A stretch of DNA of 64,000 bases from a virus. Lineage: Duplodnaviria; Caudoviricetes. Both the position numbers and the translations under genes were made by a program. The DNA lies in the IMG/VR virus record IMGVR_UViG_3300009082_000959. The stretch is one strand, 5' to 3'. Position 1 is the first letter of the stretch. Every line of letters starts with the position of its first letter. The notes under the pieces were generated by a model. The model ran no database searches, was not told where the DNA came from, and saw nothing but the letters and a program-made list of their open reading frames with translations. Below, piece by piece: positions 58,101-64,000 of this stretch.

Positions 58101-59089
58101 TGGCAGTTATTTGGTTTAATACGGCACCAGCTCTTTCTGGTGGTCCGAGTGTATGGGTTTATAAGACGGCAAATGAATTAAGGAGGCGTGGTCACAAGGT
58201 AATTTTTGATGACCCCAAGAAATCCGATGTGGCGGTTTGTGTAATAAGTGTTGGGAAAACGATAAGGAAAATTGATAGGTCTAAAACTAAAATCATATTG
58301 CGGGTAGACGGTGTGTTTAACGCCGAATATAATAAATTATTTAATAGACCAGTAAGACCTGATATGGTTGCTCTACATAAAGATCTTGAAATAAATATTC
58401 CGCGAGTTGATTTTGTCGTATTTCAGAGCTACTTTTCTAAGGAAAGAATAAACGAAGAAATAGTCACTAGGCAGGATAATAATTGGGCAGTAATTAATAA
58501 TGGCGTAGATGTAAATTTATTTAAACCCGCACCAAAGAATGATAAAACAATAACCTTATTTCATATAGGCAATATAAGAAACGGCTATATAATGGAAAGC
58601 CTTATTGGAGTATATTCTGAATTGCTTAAAAGAGGCCACAAAATTAAACTTACGATAGCCGGCGGAATGGATGCAGAGTGCTCAAAGATATACAATCAGC
58701 ACAAGGGTGATAAAAACATATCATATTTGGGTTCAGTTCCTAACACGGCGGCAGCGAAATTATTTTCACTTGGAGACATATATCTGGGTCCGCGAATGGG
58801 AAGCTCAAACGATAATGTAATTTCAGAAGCACTTGCGTGTGGATTACCAGTGATTGTTCCGCAATGGTCTGGAAATGCTGAGTTGATAACTGACGGCTCA
58901 GAGGGTATAATTGTTGATAGCGGCGGCCACTGGAACTACGGACCAGACTACGATAGTAAATTAGCAGACGGGGTTGAGAGGATACTACCAAACCTGGATG
59001 ACTTTAAGACTAGGGCACGAAAGCACGCAGTAGCTAATTTAACCGTGTGGGCCATGACAGATAAATACTTGAAAGCGATGGGCCTATGA
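58100..59089 (+). CDS. Glycosyltransferase family 4 (GT-B)
   Basis: GGPSVW...LRRRGH, VINNGVD, SNDNVISEALACGLPVI. Confidence 0.88.
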   Translation: MAVIWFNTAPALSGGPSVWVYKTANELRRRGHKVIFDDPKKSDVAVCVISVGKTIRKIDRSKTKIILRVDGVFNAEYNKLFNRPVRPDMVALHKDLEINIPRVDFVVFQSYFSKERINEEIVTRQDNNWAVINNGVDVNLFKPAPKNDKTITLFHIGNIRNGYIMESLIGVYSELLKRGHKIKLTIAGGMDAECSKIYNQHKGDKNISYLGSVPNTAAAKLFSLGDIYLGPRMGSSNDNVISEALACGLPVIVPQWSGNAELITDGSEGIIVDSGGHWNYGPDYDSKLADGVERILPNLDDFKTRARKHAVANLTVWAMTDKYLKAMGL

Positions 59090-59400
59090 AAGTAGTTCAT
59101 TGTAAAAGAGAAAAATACGATGTTTATATTGGTCGACCGTCTGAGTGGGGCAATCCTTATTCACACAAAGATGGAACCATAGCACAATTTAAGGTTGCGA
59201 CTAGAGAAGAAGCTATTGAGAAATACGAAGAATATTTGCGTAGTAACAGCCACTTAATGGGGAAAATAGAATGCTTGCGAGGAAAAATACTTGGGTGTTG
59301 GTGTGCTGGAAAAGAACCGCTAACGCAAAATGATACACCATTTAAGTGCCATGGACAAATTATTTTAAAAATTTTGGCAGAGAAAGAAAGCACACTATGA
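59086..59400 (+). CDS. DUF4326-like protein
   Basis: VVHCK...DVYIGRPSEWGNPY...LRGKILGCWCA...CHG is the characteristic DUF4326 pattern. Confidence 0.85.
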   Translation: MKVVHCKREKYDVYIGRPSEWGNPYSHKDGTIAQFKVATREEAIEKYEEYLRSNSHLMGKIECLRGKILGCWCAGKEPLTQNDTPFKCHGQIILKILAEKESTL

Positions 59401-60140
59401 CAGATTTAACGGTTTTGACGGTAGTTGAGAATGATAAGGGTCTATTAGACCTTATGATTAGTTCTATATATAAATTCACCAACCCAACGCCCAAAATAAT
59501 AATTTGTGATAATGGAAACAACGGAAGGGTTTTAAGCAAATACGCTAATGATAAAAACATTCAAATTATAAGATTTAAACCAACCCTTGCGTCTGGTTCT
59601 GTTAGGCATGGTGAATCATTAAATAAAATTTTCCCCTTAGTTACAACGAAAAAAACAGCAATAGTCGAATCGGATTGCATACTGCTGCGGTCTGGGTGGG
59701 ATAATTTAGATACGACAGTACACCAAATGTCCGCGGCAAAAAAGGCAATCGTTAATGGTCTTAATCTATATCATATATGTTTTTTGGTATTTGAAACAGA
59801 GCCGCTGGCACTAGGCGGGTTTGATTTTAGACCAGGCACAAATGGGAACCGAAAGAATAGGTCATTTTCGGTAGAAGAGGATGTGGGTTGGAGGTTGGCT
59901 AATAAAATAGACCACAGACTTATCAAAGAGATAGAATTCATTGATTGTAAAACCGGCAAGGGAAAGTTTTTTGATAAAACATTTCAGTCAGATGAATTTT
60001 GGGTTGATGGTATTCCAACCGTAGCACATTTTGGTCGCGGTTCAAATTTAGCAGGCAAGGCAATTAGAAATGGCTTCGCCCACCCAACCAAACAACTTGA
60101 GGACTGGAAGAAAATCGCGGAGACAATACTAAATGCTTGA
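59397..60140 (+). CDS. GT2-like (GT-A) glycosyltransferase
   Basis: LTVLTVVEN, ICDNGN, VESDCIL, EEDVGW; start placed at 59397 (ATGA overlap) rather than 59346. Confidence 0.65.
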   Translation: MTDLTVLTVVENDKGLLDLMISSIYKFTNPTPKIIICDNGNNGRVLSKYANDKNIQIIRFKPTLASGSVRHGESLNKIFPLVTTKKTAIVESDCILLRSGWDNLDTTVHQMSAAKKAIVNGLNLYHICFLVFETEPLALGGFDFRPGTNGNRKNRSFSVEEDVGWRLANKIDHRLIKEIEFIDCKTGKGKFFDKTFQSDEFWVDGIPTVAHFGRGSNLAGKAIRNGFAHPTKQLEDWKKIAETILNA

Positions 60141-60570
60141 AATTAAAGAAATTTTAGAAAAAATAGCAGAAAACAAAAAGCGTAGTTCTAAAGAATACTA
60201 CCATCCACTGCCAAAACAAGAATCAATATTAATTAGAAAATATTTTGCCGACCACATACTGATTCCGATAAGTGGCGACCCAGTAATGGAAATATTTAAT
60301 AAGGAAAACACACTTATTTCCAAGGGTTACGAGAGAATAGTAATAGGTGACTATGGCCCATTTTTGGAATTTACCGCGCAACAAGCTGTATTGGCCAACT
60401 TGGTTAATCATTTTCCAGGTGCCCCAAGAAGAAAAGTTAAATATATTTGGATGGAAACCAAAGACAAAACAAGAACAAAGGTATATTTTCAGCAAGGAAG
60501 AGTTAGTTACGCCGACTACAAAATTGGCAGATACTATGTCGATTCATTTGAGGTTTTGTATAAAGAATAA
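60133..60570 (+). CDS. Hypothetical protein
   Basis: 145 aa, coupled on both sides; contains RIVIGDYGPFLEF. Confidence 0.6.
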   Translation: MLEIKEILEKIAENKKRSSKEYYHPLPKQESILIRKYFADHILIPISGDPVMEIFNKENTLISKGYERIVIGDYGPFLEFTAQQAVLANLVNHFPGAPRRKVKYIWMETKDKTRTKVYFQQGRVSYADYKIGRYYVDSFEVLYKE

Positions 60571-61655
60571 TGATAGGTATAATTGTAAGAGGTCTGACAT
60601 TTTTAAAGGTCCTTGCTCCCATAATGCTTGAATTAAAAGCATTGGGTAAGGACTATATTATATTTTATCACGACGCTTCTCACGGAGCAAAAGAATACGA
60701 TAGACCTACACTGGTCAGACTACAAGAGGCTCATGCTGCGTCAGCCAAGCAAGCAAAAAAACTAGTTCCGTTCTCAAATGATGGTAAATTGGTTTCATTA
60801 CTGGTCGCAAACAAGGTTAAAAAAATCGTGAGTCTGGAAGTATGGATTTGTTCAAGAAAACACATTAAAGGGTTTAAGAAACACAACATAAAAATATGCA
60901 GTGTTTCTTATCTCACCGATTCTATTTGGCAACCAGAACAATCCGTAACCTCAGTAGATAGGGTTTATTATTCAAGCGAATACCTTATGCGCATACACCA
61001 TGATTTCGCAAAAATTAAGTTTTTGCCAACAAGAGATAGGTGCCTAGGTAGCCCACTGTTTGATAGTTTATATACCGAGCAAGATAAAAAAACGAATGAT
61101 GTGCTGGTTCTTTTGCCCAACTTAAAATCAGAACACGTAAAGTCTGCTTTTGGTAAACAGGACAATTTTTTTAAAATCATAGAAAAAATTCATAGCAGCG
61201 GTAGGCCATTGATTTTTAAAACGCGGAAAAAGCAATGGATGCCATCAGAAATATCCAAATATTCAAAGAAAATAGTGTATGATGGAAAAACAATGTATCC
61301 GTCGGCAATGTCAGATTTGCTAAAAACATGCTCGACAACCATACTTTTTTATTCAAGTGGAATATTCGAGTCAGTATATGGTCAAAATCATACTATAAAT
61401 ATACCTTTGCCACTAAAAAGGTGGAGTTGGGATATTACAAAACTAAAACAATATTTCTCAAAAGAACAAGATTCTCTATACAATTTTAGTGGTTGTGTCG
61501 AGAATGCAGAGCAATCAGATATACTCTCTGGAAAATTTATTCTACCCAGCACGCCAATAGACCAATCAAGAAGAGACCTGTGGATTCAAAAATTCATAGG
61601 TTCTTGCCACAACGGCAGCGCCAAAAGAATAGCAACAGACATAGCCAGTCTATAA
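60570..61655 (+). CDS. Putative GT-B-fold transferase (glycerophosphotransferase/capsule-synthesis-like)
   Basis: FLKVLAPIMLEL N-terminus, LIFKTRKK, ILFYSSGIFE and position next to the PseB-like gene; family uncertain. Confidence 0.4.
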   Translation: MIGIIVRGLTFLKVLAPIMLELKALGKDYIIFYHDASHGAKEYDRPTLVRLQEAHAASAKQAKKLVPFSNDGKLVSLLVANKVKKIVSLEVWICSRKHIKGFKKHNIKICSVSYLTDSIWQPEQSVTSVDRVYYSSEYLMRIHHDFAKIKFLPTRDRCLGSPLFDSLYTEQDKKTNDVLVLLPNLKSEHVKSAFGKQDNFFKIIEKIHSSGRPLIFKTRKKQWMPSEISKYSKKIVYDGKTMYPSAMSDLLKTCSTTILFYSSGIFESVYGQNHTINIPLPLKRWSWDITKLKQYFSKEQDSLYNFSGCVENAEQSDILSGKFILPSTPIDQSRRDLWIQKFIGSCHNGSAKRIATDIASL

Positions 61656-61675
61656 ACCATAAAAACAATTTTTCC

Positions 61676-61708
61676 ATACAAATCTATCAATAATCTATAG
61701 ATTTGTAT
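61676..61708. promoter_or_regulatory. Perfect 12-bp inverted repeat ATACAAATCTAT-N9-ATAGATTTGTAT; operator-like
   Basis: Arms at 61676-61687 and 61697-61708; nested palindrome AATCTATAGATT at 61692-61703; 28 nt upstream of an HTH-bearing gene. Confidence 0.6.
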
Positions 61709-61736
61709 AGGATTTTTTTGTTTATTAGGAGATTAT

Positions 61737-62903
61737 ATGTCCGATTATACCATAGGTGAGATGTCTAAAAAACTAGGCAAATCAATAAAAACCCTAAGAG
61801 AATGGGATAAGAAAGGTATTCTCGTGGCAAAGAGAGGCCCGACCAATCGAAGAACCTATACGCATGAGCAATTTTTAGAAATATCTGGTAAAGAAAAATA
61901 CATTTGTTCTGGAACTGATTTGGATGCAGTAAAGGATAAAGTTGTCTTAATTACCGGAGGAACAGGATCACTCGGCCAAGCACTGACCAGGAAAATATGC
62001 TCAGTTGCCAAAAAAGTAATAATATTTAGTAGGTGCGAACTTAAGCAAGCAAACATGCAGCAAAAGTTCGCAGACCAAACAAATATTCGGTATATGCTTG
62101 GTGATGTTAAAGATAAAAGCAGGTTGCTATTTGCGTTGTCCGGCGTTGATATTTGTATCCATGCGAGTGCGTATAAGAGAATTGACAGTTGTTACTACTC
62201 ACCATTTGAGGCGGTTAAAAATAATGTTATTGGTTCTATGAATGTTGCAGAAGCAACGATTGAGGTTAAAACACCAAGGGTAATATTAGTATCAACTGAT
62301 AAGGCAACAGAAAGCGTTACGCTTTATGGAGGATCAAAATTTGTGTCAGAGCAAATGTTTATTGGTGCAAACAACTACTCGCGTAGGGATGGTACAATAT
62401 TATCCGCAGTAAGATATGGAAATGTATATGGAAGTAATGGTAGCGTAAGACATATTTTTAAGAAACAGGCAGAGGAATGTGGAGAAATAAGTATTACACA
62501 CAAAGATATGACTAGGTTTTTTATGTCATTAAACGATGCCTGTGATTTGGTTTTATTTTGTGCCAATAATATGATCGGTGGAGAAATTTTTATACCAAAA
62601 ATGAAATCAATAGAGATAGCAAAATATGCATCGATGGTTTTTCCAAATATTCCACAAAAAATAATAGGTCTACGTGCTTACGAAAAAATACACGAGAAAT
62701 TAATATCAGAAACAGAATCTAGCTGTGTTATAAAGTGTAATGAAAAATATTATAAAATAGTTCCACCAAATGTAAATATTCCGGGAGTTGGGTGGGATAG
62801 TAATTATCCAGTAGGGAAAAAAGAAAAACCTTTTATTATGTCTTCAGAAACAGCAGAGAGACTTTCTGAAGAAGAGATAGAAAAACTAGATAGTGATTTT
62901 TAA
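61737..62903 (+). CDS. pseB: UDP-N-acetylglucosamine 4,6-dehydratase (PseB/FlaA1-like) fused to N-terminal MerR/IS607-type HTH
   Basis: ITGGTGSLG, FSR.ELKQ, STDKA, YGGSK, VRYGNV.GS.GSV, MTRF, GGEIFIPK; aa 1-50 are YTIGEMSKKLGKSIKTLREWDKKGILVAKRGPTNRRTY. Confidence 0.8.
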   Translation: MSDYTIGEMSKKLGKSIKTLREWDKKGILVAKRGPTNRRTYTHEQFLEISGKEKYICSGTDLDAVKDKVVLITGGTGSLGQALTRKICSVAKKVIIFSRCELKQANMQQKFADQTNIRYMLGDVKDKSRLLFALSGVDICIHASAYKRIDSCYYSPFEAVKNNVIGSMNVAEATIEVKTPRVILVSTDKATESVTLYGGSKFVSEQMFIGANNYSRRDGTILSAVRYGNVYGSNGSVRHIFKKQAEECGEISITHKDMTRFFMSLNDACDLVLFCANNMIGGEIFIPKMKSIEIAKYASMVFPNIPQKIIGLRAYEKIHEKLISETESSCVIKCNEKYYKIVPPNVNIPGVGWDSNYPVGKKEKPFIMSSETAERLSEEEIEKLDSDF

Positions 62904-64000
62904 TGTCTAATAAAATATCAATAGAAGATTGTAAGTATCTCGGAATCATGTGTGGTTTTGAGTGCATTTCTGATATTTATATAAGTAAAACAAAATTGGA
63001 GTGGAAGTGTTCTAACGGCCATACTTGGTTTGCTCTTTACGATAATATACGTAAGGGAAGCGGTTGTCCATATTGTTCAAAACGCGCAGTTTTACCACAT
63101 GAACCCGCTGACTACGCAGCCAAACACGGCGGCATTTGTTTATCTGTTTATAAAGATTATAAAACAAAAATGGAGTGGGAGTGCAAATACAGACATAAGT
63201 GGTTTGGTAGTTTTGGTTCAATGAGATCTAAAAATAATTGGTGTCCACATTGTTCTAGAAATGCTCGTCTTTCTATTGAGGAATGCGGCTCGCTTGCACA
63301 AAAACACGAAGGTGTGTGCCTTTCTGAGTCATATGTAAACAGCATTAGCAAATTAGAGTGGCAGTGTAAAAATGGTCATATTTTTTGGTCAACGCCATCA
63401 CGTGTTAAACACTTAGATAATTGGTGCCCATATTGTTTTGGTAATGCAAAATTAACAATAGATGATGCCAAATATTTAGCCAATCTAAACGACGGAAAAT
63501 GCCTATCAAAAGAATACAAGAATGCGGTTTCAAAATTATCTTGGAAATGCGCAAATGAGCATGTTTGGGATGCAACATATGCGTGTGTAAAAAAAGGGTC
63601 TTGGTGTCAGGAATGCAATTCTATAAGCAAAAAGCAAAGGAAGCTAGGGAATATAATAAGAAGTTTGACCAATTGTACTATAGTACATAATTTTAAGGGA
63701 TTCGATTGGCTATACGCAGACGATACAAATTACAGACTTGAAATTGATATATGGGTTCCAGAAATTAAATTAGGGATAGAATATGATGGAGAGCAACACT
63801 TTAAACCGATTGCATTTGGTGGACAAGATGAATATTCAGCAAATATTGGTTTTGAAAGAACAAAGAAACTAGACATCATAAAAAACAAAAAAATTTCAGA
63901 GCACAAAAGTGAAGTGAACAGTTTTGTTAGATTTACCTGCTACGACAAAATAATTGAACAACAGGTAAAGGATAAACTTTTAAAAAACGGAGTGTGTTAA
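62903..64000 (+). CDS. Zinc-ribbon repeat protein with C-terminal PD-(D/E)xK nuclease, paralog of 48936-50213
   Basis: Four repeats, then FKGFDWL...EIDIWVPEIKLGIEYDGEQHF; TAA ends at the last base of the window. Confidence 0.85.
   Translation: MSNKISIEDCKYLGIMCGFECISDIYISKTKLEWKCSNGHTWFALYDNIRKGSGCPYCSKRAVLPHEPADYAAKHGGICLSVYKDYKTKMEWECKYRHKWFGSFGSMRSKNNWCPHCSRNARLSIEECGSLAQKHEGVCLSESYVNSISKLEWQCKNGHIFWSTPSRVKHLDNWCPYCFGNAKLTIDDAKYLANLNDGKCLSKEYKNAVSKLSWKCANEHVWDATYACVKKGSWCQECNSISKKQRKLGNIIRSLTNCTIVHNFKGFDWLYADDTNYRLEIDIWVPEIKLGIEYDGEQHFKPIAFGGQDEYSANIGFERTKKLDIIKNKKISEHKSEVNSFVRFTCYDKIIEQQVKDKLLKNGVC

Noticed and set aside
61737-61890. IS607 insertion sequence
   Set aside because: Only the HTH is present; there is no serine-recombinase catalytic domain and no tnpB, and the frame continues into a dehydratase.
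48936-64000. Eukaryotic giant virus origin suggested by zinc-ribbon nucleases and many GTs
   Set aside because: Shine-Dalgarno motifs, overlapping stop/start coupling, a lipobox and a contractile tail module indicate a prokaryotic virus.
1-64000. Stop-codon reassignment, tRNA or rRNA genes
   Set aside because: Standard-code ORFs tile the window almost without gaps; the largest gaps are about 80-120 nt and show no cloverleaf or rRNA signature by eye.

Overview
AT-rich, gene-dense window in which about 47 real genes all lie on the + strand, mostly coupled by TAATG/ATGA overlaps or gaps under 30 nt, many with Shine-Dalgarno-like GGAG/GAGG/GGTG motifs. It reads as part of a large (probably jumbo) myophage-like genome. 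No capsid, portal or terminase gene is visible, so a prophage or contractile-injection-system origin cannot be formally excluded. Layout: (1) 3-2377: a 5'-truncated Maf/DUF115-like gene, a membrane-anchored coiled-coil protein with an outer-membrane-type beta-strand C-terminus, and a lipoprotein trypsin-like protease. (2) 2396-45587: a contractile tail module with two paralogous large appendage proteins (one with a beta-helix), a putative tail-completion protein, sheath, tube, a chaperone pair joined by a -1 frameshift, tape measure, tube initiator, hub, spike, gp25-like, baseplate J-like, a 2180-aa wedge protein with LamG domains, and a 942-aa protein with a dockerin-like pair. (3) 45595-62903: about 11 glycosyltransferase-like genes plus a PseB-like dehydratase fused to a MerR/IS607-type HTH. 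Five free-standing nuclease genes (1 LAGLIDADG, 2 HNH, 2 zinc-ribbon PD-(D/E)xK) sit at gene junctions. Most notable: the tripeptide DGY occurs 15 times (manual count) in six peripheral structural proteins and was not found in the other + strand proteins, suggesting a sequon-directed virion glycosylation system served by the adjacent GT cluster. All family calls come from motifs read by eye; no database searches were run.
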